DNA from: Eledone cirrhosa
Lineage: Eukaryota
Assembly: GCA_964016885.1 (NCBI GenBank)
Contig: OZ024742.1
Coordinates: forward strand, 206,646,001 to 206,710,000
Direction: 5' to 3'
DNA length: 64,000 nucleotides
The position numbers and the translations under genes were made by a program. Below, piece by piece: positions 11,777-24,392 of the stretch (the first letter of the stretch is position 1; each line of letters opens with the position of its first letter). The notes below the pieces were generated by a model. It saw nothing but the letters and a program-made list of their open reading frames with translations, searched no databases and had not been told where the DNA came from.

Positions 11777-12076
11777 ACTAAAGGTGGAAAACTGGGAGAG
11801 GGCACTTGCCTTGGTGGTCAGGGTCATTGTGGCTTTTTACTGGGCTTTCTCCACAAATGTCCCTCCGAAGTCTCCCCCCCTATTGGGGAATTTTTCATTG
11901 TTATTTTCATTGTTATTTTTGTTACATCCTCTGTTTTTGTTTTTTTTACACGCAGAAATGCCCATTTGTACCGTCCTGCATTGTCCTGCACTGTCCTTAA
12001 TGTCTACTTTATGTAAACCCTTGTGGTTAATAAAGAAATCATTATTATTATTATTATAATTATTATTATTATTATT

Positions 12077-15000
12077 GGTCTTTTCGGACGTCTTTTTGCT
12101 CGCTCCCAGTAAGTCGCTTTATTTACCTGCTATAATTATTTGTTGTTAAATTTTTCTTGCTGTGTAAGACTTTGACCTGTGAAGTGGAAAGTATAATATT
12201 TGGGCCTTTTAGCCCAAATATTTGAACATTTTACTTTTAAAAAAAACCAAAAAATAACAGGGCTGAGCCACGCCCGCAATATGTCTGCTCTCGTGTGACA
12301 ACGGCGTAAAAGTTGAGAGGAGGGTTACAGAAATTGCTACAGCACCACAGACAACGTGAACAAAGACAGCAAAATGACAACACTGTGAATACTAATTTAA
12401 AAAAATTACCACACCAACTACAAAAATAACAGCGACAACCAAAATACAGACAACAGAAAAAAATGCCAACAAATGCAACAACGATATTAACACCACTAAC
12501 AAGAAAATAAACAACGACAACACCAACAGCAACAATACAAATTGCACTAAAAAACACAACCAACTACAACAGTGATAACAGCAACAACACCAACAACATC
12601 GTTTGTAGCAATAGCAACAACAACAGCACCAACAACAACACCAGTAGAAGCAGTAGCGGCAGCAATAATGGTGTCGCTGAAAAAAGGGGCCACTTCTTTC
12701 GCAGGTGTCGCCCGAAATATATAGACAGTGCTCGTCACGAAGGAGGAGATGGCAGTCGCAAGGGCCATGGTGATAAGAAATGACAATAGAGTTTCCTTGA
12801 ACCCTCCACCCTATTTTTTCAAGGACCAGCAGCTACGCACGTTGACTTACCGCACCGTAAGAAAAATGTCACATCGGGTGGAGAGAGCCACGGAGGCTCA
12901 AATCCAAAAGGCCATAGGGTGCGTCTGGGCGCACAAAACCCACATCACTCGAGGCAAAAAGTATGCCACAGTAGACGAACTTCCCCCCCCCCCCCCAAGA
13001 GGGAAAGTCTCACACTTTGGAAACCCTAAAGAGTGAGGAAATAGTCTTGGTGCCCTCCTACTGCGGGCAGAAAATTGTGAGGGTCAAAGTGACCCAGATC
13101 TCGCCCTACGTGCCCATACCTTGGCTGGCTGCGTCTGTACTTACTTGAATCGAGGACAGGGCCACTATACTGCAAATACAGAGAATGGGAAGAGAGAACG
13201 GGTCAGGAATTGGCATGCAAATGCTAATACAAACTGAGCAGGAGTGCATCGAGGCCATAGACCTCGAGGAAGAACTCCAACTCCCTATAAGTGTGGAAGG
13301 AAGGCGCCCAAAGTGGTGCTATCTCTGTAGGCAAAAGGGTCACCTCAGGGCCTTCTGCCCACAGAAGACAGCCAAGAAGAGGGTCCTCCTCCTTCCGACG
13401 CCTGATCCACTGCTAACAAGAGCAGGGCGGGCAACAGAGGCAAAAATCCTTCCATGGGGAGTAGGAGGGAAACGTTCGTGGCACCCATACCAAGGCCACT
13501 GACAACTAAAACAGCGGAAGCAGTGGCGGCAACACCAACAGTCGCAGTAGCTACACCGGCGGCAAAATCGCTGGAGCAGGCACCACTACTACCACCAACA
13601 GCCGTGGAGCTCAAACCCCTCTCAGATGCCACGGAATCTGACATGGAGTATGAGGGGAGTGAAGTGGCAAGAGGTCTGCCACAAAAAACAAAAATGAAAG
13701 AACCACTTAGCTTCGCCCTCTAAAAGCGAGGACAAACAAAGAAGGGTAAAGGCTGCAAGGAGACTTGCAGCAACACTACCACCATCACCACCACCACAAG
13801 CATCACCACCAAAAACAAACCACGCCACCACCAGCATCACCAAAAACAGCAACATCGCAAACACAACAAATCACATACACCCAACAGCAACAACAAGAAA
13901 ACAGCAACAAAACCACCCCTCCCCCCCAAAAAGTACACAGCCATAAAAATTCCACACCAAGGACTGACGGAACATATAAAACAGAACACCGATATTTCAG
14001 ACGTAAATTACCATACCCCACCAACACCAAGAACATTACCAAAAAACATTAACATTATGGAAATTGAACTCAAAGAGTACAAACAATTAAAACAAAAATT
14101 CCCCAACTGCGTTGGGGTTTTCAGGGGTTCACTCTCCAAGAGAATCTATAAAGATATCGTCTTGGAGACACCCATGACCAGCCGAAGGAATGGTTCTACT
14201 GTCCCTCCCCCACATGATCAAGGTAAATGATCCTTTCTCACTTATCCCGTTCCTCATACAACATGGCCGTACTTAGAATAGGCCGTATGTGGCCTGGGGT
14301 CATCATGGAAGCAGGGTCACCTGCTGAACGACCTCAAGCAGGGTCTCCTGCTGAACGACCTCAGGTCACTAAACATAGATGTGGTGGCCATCAACGAGAC
14401 AAGAATCTCCGAAGCACGAGCCTTTGCACCGATCTTCGGCGGCTACGATGTATACGCATCTCCTAACCGTCCAGGATCTGGGGGGGGGGGAGTTGCTGTG
14501 CTTGTTCGGAGAGGCTTGGATCTCGCCATACGGGCCATCTTCCTGGACCCGGAAGGTAAGTCAGTGGTACTGGGCGTGACCGGCAGCGAAGGCAATGCTT
14601 TCAGGCTAGTAGCCGTCTACGCCCCAACAGGGGTAGGACGGTCAGTTTTCTTCAGACGTCTAGAGACCTTTCTTGGAACGTCCCGCTTTTTAGTGTTACT
14701 GAGCGACTGGAACGGTATGTTAGATGCACACTGGGATTATGTGGGGCTAGTAGACAGGACAGGAGGTTGTAAAAGCCTCAACAACCTGCTCACACGTTTT
14801 GAAGTGTCTGACAGGTATAGACTGGATTATCCGAATGTGCCAATCCGAATGTGCTAGTGTAGGTTGTCCACAATTTAAAGTAGTCGACTACACAGACCAC
14901 AAATTTGTGATCTGTGAAGTTAACTTAGATAGACTCCATAGGCAATGGCCCGGTTACTGGAAACTGAACGCGTCGTCCACGGCGCGCAAAGCTTATAGAG

Positions 15001-17853
15001 ACCTGATTAGCGAATTAGTTAAGCGTGCGTTGACGAGTGCGATTGTCAACAACAGGTGGTGGTTTACCCTGAAAAGGGCTATTAGAGTAGAATCGATAAG
15101 GTTTAGAAAAGGAGTAGTGATAGGGAAAATAGAGTAGAAGGAGAGTTAGTTAGAAAGCTAGAAGAGGCATCGCAACCGACGTGCGTGCGGTGAGATTGGC
15201 ACTCGATCATTTCTTCAACGCAAAGCATGAAGGCTGCGTTGTCAGAGCTAGAGTGGATGCTCTAAGACACGAGGGGACGAAAGCCGTTCAATGGGCCCGG
15301 GTGGTGGAGGCGCCACGTGGCAACAAGTCCACAATACGGTCTTTGCCTGATCAAAATCGGCGCATGTTGCTCGAACCCGAGCAGATGTGTGCGACTTTTC
15401 AACAGCAATTAGCTCAATTGTTCGGGAGTGGCGAGGGGTTGGATAAGAGTATGGACATTGCTGCATACCTAGACGGACTGCCGCGTCTCTCGACGACTGC
15501 AGCGCAATGATGCGAAAAGCCGATAAAAGCAGGTGAAATACAGGAAGCGATGTCTGACTGCACGAGGGGTAAATCGCCAGGTTTGGATGGTCTGCTTTAT
15601 GAGCTTTATGCGTATATGCCAGACTTGTTCGGCGACCTCTTGGCAGACGTCTACTGCAACTGGTAACAGAACGGGAGCATTCCAAGTTTTGTGAACCGGG
15701 GAGCGGTGGCGCTGCTGAGAAAAGACCCGAACAAGGAGGACGTTATAGACGACTTCAGGCCCATAACTCTGCTAAACGAAGTGTTTAAGATTTTGGCCAA
15801 GGTGTTAGCAAAGAGATTGGCGCTTTTCGTCGGTAATCTGGTGGGAGAGGCCCAGACATGAACCATTCCGGACAGATCCATTCACGACAACCTCCATCTC
15901 GTGCAATATATCATAGAGAGGGTGATTAAGGAACCTGGCATGGGTCGGGCCCTGATCAACTTAGATCAATCTAAAGCATTGGATAGGGTCGACCATCGGT
16001 ACCTGGCTGCGGTCCTCCAGGCAGCCAGTTTCGGGCCCGTTTTTAGGGGCTGGATCGCTGCGATGCACAGCGACATCTGCACGATTGTGAAGGTGAATGG
16101 TCACCTGTCGCAGCCGTTAAGCATCATGCGCTCGGTCCGCCAGGGTTTTCCCCTCTCGTCCCTCTTGTCCATATTGGCCCTTGATCCGTTACTGCATGAA
16201 TTGGAGACGATGGGGGGGGGCGTCCCATGCGAACTGGGATGCGGGAGATCCGTGTCAGCCTACTCCGACGAAGTCACCGTGGTGGTGTAGAGCACCAAAC
16301 ACGCCCAGATGCTCAGCACCGCTCTAAAGGTATACAAAGCCGTGACAGGAGCAAAGATAAACCAAAAAAAGTTGGTGGGCTTGCAACTCGGCACCTGGAG
16401 AGGCAAGCCCATGCCGTCCGACAGCGGCGTGGGGCGCTGAACGGAAGGACCGGTTAAATTGCTCGGGGTCTGGTTCGGTCCTGATGGAGAAAAACTGGAG
16501 CGATGTGACGAGCAGTGTGGCCTCTCTAACCCAGAAATTGGCCGAGAGGAGGCTGTCTCTGAAAGGTCGGGCGGAGGTGGCGAATGCGTATATCGCGTCC
16601 GTCATCTGCTACCGCCTGACCGTCGTACCTTGCTCTCACCCAACTCTGACCAAAATGGATCGCCTTCTCTTCCGCTTTTTGTGGAAGGGACGTGCTCCCA
16701 TGGTCAGACGATCCATCTGCTGTCAACACCCGTTGCGTGGAGGACTAGGCATGCTGTGACTGATGATGCGCAAATATGCATGAGGCTGCGATGGTGAACA
16801 AGTGTGGTCGCCGTTTGCTAGACGAGCTTTCCCCCAGCTCGTCTCCTTGACGGAGCTGCAGTCCTGGATCAGGAAAAGACCGAGGGATAGCGCTTGGATG
16901 TCTTCAAGCGCTCACCACCCTCTACCAGCTGGGCACTAGTATCGGTCAGTAGAACATCCACCTCGGAGTTCTATAGAGGGCTAGTGGAGGGGAAGAGCAA
17001 CGACGTTCTCGGGGAGACCCTGGGCGTCGAAGAGGATCATCTGTTCGCTCTCTTCAAGAGAACTTTCAGACCGGGGCCTATGGACAACTTCCAGAAATCC
17101 CTGGCCTGGTATGCTACCGCGGAGCGTTGCCGGTTGGGATAAGCTCTACAGGCACGGGGGTGCTGTCAGCCGAGCCTGTCCGAGAGGCACGCAGGGCGAC
17201 GAAACCGTCCTGCACGCACTCGTTCAGTGCCCGAGGATTGCTGACTTGTGGAGCTATTTCGAACAGCCGCTGTCGCGTGTAGGACGGATCCGGTTATCGA
17301 CTGAGTCCATTGTGCAGATAGCCCCACCATTCTCCTTTAAAGAGGAGGAAGGGCAGGCAGTTTTCATCTGCCTGGTGGCCATGGCGAAAGCGATTGTGTG
17401 GTGGACAATGTTGAAAGGGTTGAATACGGACACTTTCCTCTCCGGCCAATCCCTGATTAACTTTTTCAAGTTTCACTTGAAGAGGAAAATGAGGGTGGAG
17501 AGGCAAGTGTTGTCTTCTAGTATGTTTGTTGAAAGGTGGGTGAAAGTGGCGAGTCTGGTCCGAGTGAACGGGCCTGCTCTGAGTATGCGCCTGTGGACTG
17601 AGGAGTGGGAAAACTGAGAGAGGGCGCCTGCCCTGGTGGTCAGGGTGGCCGTAGTCTTTTGTGCGGTTTTTGCCACGAGTGACCCTCGGAGGTTTCCCCC
17701 CTATTGGGGAAATTTTGTTGTTTTAATTTTTTTCATATTTCTATCTTGTTATAACCTTTTTAAACGGCCAAACCCCACTTTGTATTGTCCTGTACCGTTC
17801 TGTGGCGTCTGTAATGTTTTTCTTCATGTTAGCCATTGTGGCCAATAAAGAAA

Positions 17854-17900
<47 letters not shown>
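12077..17900 (+). mobile_element. Near full-length, decayed Tx1-like LINE
   Basis: Fragmented ORF1 (CYLCRQKGHLRAFC knuckle) and ORF2 pieces homologous to the 6012-12076 element; many frameshifts and stops; (ATT)n tail at 17856-17900. Confidence 0.92.
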
Positions 17901-18040
17901 GAGGTTAGATTTGGCTTTCATCCTTACGGGGTTGATAAAATAAAGTCCCAGTAATGCACTAGATTTGATTTAATCGACTTTCCGCTCTCCTAAAACATTG
18001 CTAGCCTTGTGCCTATAGTAGAAATCATTATTATCATTAT
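17901..18040 (+). mobile_element. SINE 3' half
   Basis: GGCTTTCATCCTTACGGGGTTGATAAAATAAAGT core and GCCTTGTGCC...GAAATCATTATT end, shared with 22580-22780. Confidence 0.7.
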
Positions 18041-18339
18041 GCTTATACAGTTTTGTTAGGGAGGTTATATGAATAAAACCCCAAGTTTAAAGTCCCTTGG
18101 GTGAAGAGCTGTAACAACAATTTAACGTGTTGACATCTAACTTCAAATGTAAGAGCATGCATTTATGTGGGTGGTCTTTTTTACTGTGTATAAAAGAAAA
18201 ATAATTGAAAGCTATAGTGAGAGAGCTTTGCAGAATTTGTAAATTATGATATAGCGATCATGATTTGAATATACTTCATATCTATTAGGCAGTGGTAGCA
18301 ATTGGTTTAGTTAGTGTGTGAAACTATGAAGTGATCTGA

Positions 18340-18500
18340 GCACCGGCTGTGTGCTTAAGAAGTTCAGTTTACAGACATGTACTTCCAATTTGATCCCACT
18401 GCGTAGTGCCTTGGGCAAGTGTCTTTTACTTTTAGCCTTGGTTTGAACAATACATCATATGTGAAATTTTGTAGACAGAAAATGCTCAGACACCCACTGT
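18340..18500 (+). mobile_element. Degenerate tRNA-SINE of a second family
   Basis: GTGTGCTTAAG (A-box-like), TTTGATCCC (B-box-like), CCTTGGGCAAG core-like motif. Confidence 0.4.
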
Positions 18501-19614
18501 ATACATCCACCCTCCATACACACTTATACATATTTATGTAAATTATTATGAGTTCACCCTAGTGTGAATTGTAATGAAGCAACAAAGGAATCAATACTGT
18601 TCAATAGATGATTTCCAGTGGTTGCACTGATGGTGTGGAGCATGGCTGATGTGGCAGCTGCAGCCTGATGACATCTGTCACGCACATACCAGTGATTGGT
18701 GTGGGTTGGTGGTTGGTTTACTGGGACGTGTTGACATAGCTGGAAGAACGTGTATGATTTAGCTCTTCCCTGAGTGGTATGGTTTGGATGTCTGAGGTCA
18801 AGTGTAGGCATATGGTTTATATTTGCTTGGGTTCTAGGCTGGCTTAGATTTAATCTGGATGTATCTAAATTCAAGCTGAGGCAATCGATGGTCTTAGTTT
18901 CATATAAGACCCATCAATCTATGCTAGGGGAGTAATTAATGTTGGTGGGCCTCTTACTTAGTAAATTCTTGTTAGTCTCTACTGCTTTATTGTTACAGCC
19001 CCATCCACCATCTCATCTAGCACCCACTATCGTATTTTTTGTACTATGACACCATGTAATGAAAGATGGCATTGGAACTGTCCCTCTCTCCCACCATTAC
19101 TCATCTATCATTCTATCTTTCTTCCATCTCATAAAGGAGGGCATCCAATCAGTCCATATTTGGTACTATCTACTACTAAACATCATTGTCTCTCTTCGAT
19201 GTGGATCTTGGTTAACATCTACCACTCACATCATCACTTACCCTATTTGACTATGACTCATCTTATGCAACCCCTTCATGCTTCTCAGGCTTTTATCTAC
19301 TCAATTTGCAACCAACACAATGCTATCACTCATTATTTCCTTGTCAAGATAAAAATGATGATGGTGATGAGGGGTGATATGTGAATATGAATAAAGGATA
19401 TTGACTACTTTCTTGTCATGGTTGCTGGCTTGACTAAAGGCACCCACCCCCAAACCATCCCTATCTTAAACTAACCAATATTCCTACTCCATTTCATTCT
19501 AATTCTCACTTTTTGCACATATTTTCGCTCTCTAACTATAACCTCACCCTCTGCCAAATTCTCTTTCTCTGTGTCTGTCACTACCTGCCAATGCAAGTGT
19601 AACTACCAGCTTAT

Positions 19615-19830
19615 TGAAGTATCAGCCACTTTCCAATAGGTATATTGTTGAATCTATAGCAATGGAGACTTCTGGTGTTCTTGGCCTTCTTACCACATCC
19701 ATACTTACTGCTATTGGGGCAGAGTTAACCACCTGCAGAAGTGAACCCTATTTCAATGCATCTTCCTGGAGTAATGTTTTCTCCATTCTGTTTGATGGGA
19801 CCAAACAGCGGTTTGTGCCTGGGGTTCTGC
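19615..19830 (+). mobile_element. CRE-like RLE domain remnant
   Basis: KYQPLSNRYIVESIAMETSGVLG...IGAELTTCRSEP resembles the KY....Y.F.PIA.ET.G..G RLE terminus. Confidence 0.5.
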
Positions 19831-21419
19831 ATGCTGGATGGAGAGCACACTCCCACACAATGCGGGTGTGTATCATTGGTACAGCAATGTTAGAGTTTGC
19901 TGATATCTACGACATCTACTAACTGTCATTTTTTGAGATATCTTGAAATCGTACATGTTTCAAAAATTATTCTGACACTCCCATGGTTACTGCTCAGAAA
20001 TGGTCTACTATATGCTAAGTAACAGGAAAACAATTGTGGTTGCTTTATCTAGTGGGCCTATTGAGATAAAAATATCTAAAAGAGGCATACATTTGCTGTA
20101 CGTTTAATTCTTGGCAAATTTCAGAGGCCTGTAGATGGAAACACTTGATTTGATAAGATATTTTAACTCTACAGAAAAAGTTAGCCCCAAGCACATGATT
20201 TCAAAGTTGTGCTAACCTTATTAGAGGAGAAATGGCTGTCTCAAGCTGGTCTGAGAAACTCGTTCAGAAAAATATGTATAATTAATTAATAATTCAAAGG
20301 CCTACAATTTCAAAACTATCAAAGATATTGACCTAATACTTGATACTTTTCCATCATATAGGTACAGGAGCTAGTCTGAAGTTTTTTCAGAGAGATCTGA
20401 GGGGGTGACCTGGGAAATCTTTCTGAAACTGGGTGATTTGACCCAGCTCATATCTCTTGGATGCCAGAGGTGAACATTAATCTCTACAGCAAGGAGCCTC
20501 TGATGAGCAGTTCTGCATGCATATGTGTATATATATGTGCATATGTATCAATTTACTGTGAACATATATATATATATATATACACACCAAAATAGAATGG
20601 CTTTTAAGCTCTTGCACACACACACACACACATATACACATACACACAACTTCAAAAGATGTAAAATGATGCTGTAGTGATGATGATATATATATATATA
20701 TCAAGGTAGAATGAACTTTTAATTTTAAGCTTTGGTATACATATGAATTTGTTATTTTTGTTGGCACAATAAATCTGCTGTTAATTCTTACCATTACAGG
20801 AATAAGATTCAGCAGACAAAATAAATAAATAAAATATAATCTGTCTAGCAATATATCCACCAAGAGAAAATTCTTGAGCCCAATATTTATGATCAACATG
20901 CTGTAGTTGCTGATGATGATGCTGGTGGTAGAGATGATGATGCACATTTAATTTCTGAATGGATATGTTTGTCAAATAGTTTGATGTGAGGTGTTATGAT
21001 AGGTTTAAACAATTACATTATGGTAGTCATTGTACCTATTACAACTCCACAGACACTGTTGCATTCACATTTACTTACACATACATGCATATATATTATG
21101 AGGTATTAGGTAATAAATATTATTAATGAAATTGGAAAACTTCCCAGCTAGGAGAACATATTAAATGAAGACTAACATAATTGATGTAATGAACCAAAAT
21201 AAGTTTTAATGAACTAAATTTATACCTGTAATGAAAAGCAAAATCATTAGCATTTATGATAATCCTTGTAAAAGGAGAGAATTGCAGAGTACGTGTTAAA
21301 CTATACTTCAATGAGGAGGTCTAATAAGACCATAGTATCCAGATTTATAGCCATAGCTGCCAAAGATCAAACTCATTCTTGACTGTATATTTCTTTATAA
21401 AGTCAGTTTGAATGTGACA

Positions 21420-21668
21420 CAGAGGAGACTGAGGTTAGTTGGACATGCTCACCGACACTCAGAGTTGACACTGCACTCAGTGGTCTTGTAGGAGCTCCTA
21501 CACAGACACAGTGGAAGAGGGAAACTGAGGATGATATATGTTGATGCCCTAAGGACAAACACTGGTCTCTGGGAGTCTCAAGACATAGTGGTGATGATGA
21601 AAGACAGAGACAGGGGGAGAGAACTCGTTCATGGATCTCAGGAATTTTACCCGCCCTAGATAGATAGA
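21420..21668 (+). mobile_element. 3' end of a second RTE-like LINE family, (TAGA)n tail
   Basis: Matches 50135-50375 (CAGAGGAGACTGAGGTTAG...GGATCTCAGGAATTTTACCC.CCCTAG). Confidence 0.75.
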
Positions 21669-21691
21669 TCTCTTAATTTTAAATCCATTTA

Positions 21692-21884
21692 CTGTATATA
21701 CTCAAATATAAAATGAGGAATATGTGACCAAAAAAATCTTCGGTAAAATGGTGGGGTAGGCTTATATACGTCACCTAAACAATGTGCTAATTAGTTACTT
21801 CAATTTTTGCCCATTTCTCAGACATAAAAATAGGGGATAGGAGTCAGCTTATATTTGGATTAGTTTATATACGAGTATACATGG
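21692..21884. mobile_element. Tc1/mariner-superfamily MITE
   Basis: TA|CTGTATATACTC ... GAGTATACATGG|TA imperfect TIRs with TA flanks. Confidence 0.55.
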
Positions 21885-22204
21885 TAAATTCTGGAGTTGT
21901 TTCATTTATCTTACTTCACAAGAATTGTTATTAGTGCTCATGATTTGTTTTCTCATTAAAGATACAATTTCAATTCATTAGAAATTCTTTTTTTGGCTCA
22001 TTAACATTAAGTATGCTAGCTTGTACTTAACTATATTACTGTGACCTTCCTCCTCTCTAGCACACACATATTGTAGCCTTGTGACTATTCAAAAATCAAT
22101 ATATCAGCCAGTAGATAATAAACAAGTGGCAGCAACAAGTGACGAGACTGTACTAAACCAGGCTTGCCCATCCTTTGCTAGCATAGACAAAATAATGTAA
22201 AATG

Positions 22205-22780
22205 TTTATGGCAGAATTGTGCTTGTTCTGGTCCTTATTTTCCGAGTTCAAATTACACTGGGGTCAACTTTACCTTTTATCATTTTGTGTTTCATAAAAT
22301 ATAGTACCGGTAAAGTACTAAGGTTGATTTCATTGACTTTCTCCTTTCCTCACATTGCTGGCCCTGTGCCAATATTAGAATGACTTATTAAAGGATGGTG
22401 AATTAGCAGAATCATTAGTGTGTCAGTCAAAATGAATTATAGTATCTGTTCTAGTTCTTTGCCTTCTTATCCTTCTAAGTTTGATGGAATAAAGTACCAG
22501 TTAAGTACTGGAGTCAATGTAATTGACTTTCTAATCACCTCAAATTATTACTATTTTATCATTATTATTATCATCATTAGGGCGGTGGATTGGCAGTATT
22601 GGTAGAGGGTCAGACACCATGCTTTGACGCATAGAGTTATGCCCCTTGCCATTCTGAGTTCAAATCGTGCCAAGGTTAACTTTGTCTTTCATCCTTACGG
22701 GTCGATAAAATAAAGTACCAGTAATGTACTGGTTAATTGCTGGCCTTGTGCCAAAAGTAGAAACAATTATTATCATCATT
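22205..22780 (+). mobile_element. Three head-to-tail tRNA-derived SINE copies
   Basis: Best copy 22580-22780: A-box TGGCAGTATTGG, B-box GAGTTCAAATC, core CTTTCATCC...GTCGATAAAATAAAGTACCAG, ATT tail; partial copies about 22205-22390 and 22390-22570. Confidence 0.75.
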
Positions 22781-22914
22781 ACTATATATATATATTTCAT
22801 CATTGCTTAATGGCTATTTCTTATGCTTACATGAGTTCTGAGGCTTAACAAGTCAGGTGACTACAACTAGCTCATACATCCCATTTTTGGCATGGTTTCA
22901 ATAACATAATGCCT

Positions 22915-23235
22915 ATCACTTTACAATATGTACTGGAAGAATCTTATCGTGGTGCCTGCTCCTTACATGGTATACTGGGTGATCTTTATTATGGCACCAG
23001 CACTACCCCTTTACTGTGTGGGCTGGGAGCATTTTATCATGGTCCTGACATGACCACTTTACAGAGTGGGCTGGGTACATAAACTCCTGGCACCAGCACT
23101 ACCAATTTACACAGAGGGCTGGGTACATAAACTCTTGGTACCAACACAACCACTCAGAGAGGGCTGAGTAAATGAACATGTGTGAGCAACACTATCACTC
23201 GACAGAGAGGGCTGGGTACATAAACACATGGTGTA
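22915..23235. repeat. Degenerate minisatellite of about 40 bp
   Basis: Recurrent CCACTTTACAGAG.GGGCTGGGTACAT...GGCACCAGCACTA units. Confidence 0.65.
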
Positions 23236-23259
23236 ATTCATACTAACATTTTCACAAAG

Positions 23260-23450
23260 CCAGTAATTTGGGGGGAATGAGAAAAATCAATTATACTGAC
23301 CCAAGTACTTGAATGGTACTTCATTTTATTGACCCTGGGAAATTAAAACGTAAAGTTAATTTTGATGAGATTTTAACTCAGAGTATAAAGAGCCAGAACA
23401 AATACCTCTAAGCATTTGTCTAACACTAATGACTCTTCTAATCTACTGCC
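23260..23450 (-). mobile_element. SINE copy
   Basis: TGGTACTTCATTTTATTGACCC...TTTAACTCAG is the reverse complement of the SINE core and B-box. Confidence 0.6.
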
Positions 23451-23594
23451 CTATATATGCATTATAGACATATATAATATTCACTATGACTGTTTTAATT
23501 TGTGATCATGTCACAGCAACCTCAGTAGTCATGTGAGAATGCCAGACACTAGTATTTCAGGATGTTTTTCACATATCATAATATGGAGTGAGTA

Positions 23595-23640
23595 AACGTC
23601 ACTGATGATGGATAAAACATCCTGAAACGCGACTGCCTGG
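23595..23640 (+). ncRNA. Degenerate hammerhead ribozyme motif
   Basis: CTGATGA (23602-23608), stem II GGAT-AAAAC-ATCC, GAAA (23624-23627), CGCG; U16.1 appears lost. Confidence 0.4.
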
Positions 23641-24330
23641 TGTTCTCACATGGCTACTGAGACATGATCATAGCTTCAAACACCCATAGTGAGACATATT
23701 ATACATAAACATATTGTATATGCCTTCGTATACACTTCTCTTGTGGATCATACTATGTTAATGCTACTGTTAAATATGATATTGTTCAGGCAATGTTCCG
23801 CAAAAGGCAACATATGGAATAGATGTGAAATACTTGAGGGATTTTTGCCTATGTTTTTTTTCAACCTGGCCAAAACAGCCCTGATTATATGAAACAAAGC
23901 TACACATTTCAAAGAATTCCTATTTAAATTAAAATTTTCCTTCGTAATTTCATATGAGAATCTTTTGTTAAATTATTATATTAGTAATGAAATAATAACT
24001 TTACTAAATTCTTCAAAATTCTTCATTAATTAATTGAATATATTTCATAAGAAATACAGTTAAATATTGATTTTAATTTTTTCTATATTTTTTTTTTTTT
24101 TACTTTTTACACTTTAATTGCTTTTAGTTATTAGACTGGGGCTCTCTATATAAGAGATGTAGTTGATCATATTGACACTAGTACTTATTTTATCAATTTT
24201 TCATTGTCAAACCCCTAAGTTACAGAACATAAACAGTTCAAGGACACACATGGATGTATATATATATATATAATTGAATAAAATGACAGGAGGCCGGACT
24301 GGTTAAATTCCTTCAAAGATTTATTATAGC

Positions 24331-24392
24331 AAACACTATGTACATTTCAGTGACCAAGTTCCATAAGATCCTGGTGATATCATCAGGTGTTT
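24331..24392 (-). ncRNA. Minimal type I hammerhead ribozyme
   Basis: AAACAC-CTGATGA-stem II (ACCAGG/CTTGGT)-GAAA-TGTACA-TA-GTGTTT; 6-bp stem I and palindromic stem III ATGTACAT. Confidence 0.7.

Larger units (their letters stand above)
6012..12076 (+). mobile_element. Full-length Tx1-like (L1 superfamily) LINE, ORF1 intact, ORF2 with one nonsense codon
   Basis: ORF1 with zinc knuckle, ORF2 with APE+RT+C-terminal zinc finger, 3' UTR with AATAAA, (ATT)n on both flanks. Confidence 0.93.

Noticed and set aside
6333-11827. Antisense and alternative-frame ORFs over the Tx1 elements (also 42739-47629 and 57397-60425)
   Set aside because: Shadow ORFs of GC-rich or low-complexity LINE coding sequence with no independent motifs
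14309-14363. 27-bp tandem duplication in decayed ORF2
   Set aside because: Ordinary post-insertion slippage in a dead copy
22580-22670. A-box/B-box as a tRNA gene
   Set aside because: No cloverleaf; continues into the SINE core and tail
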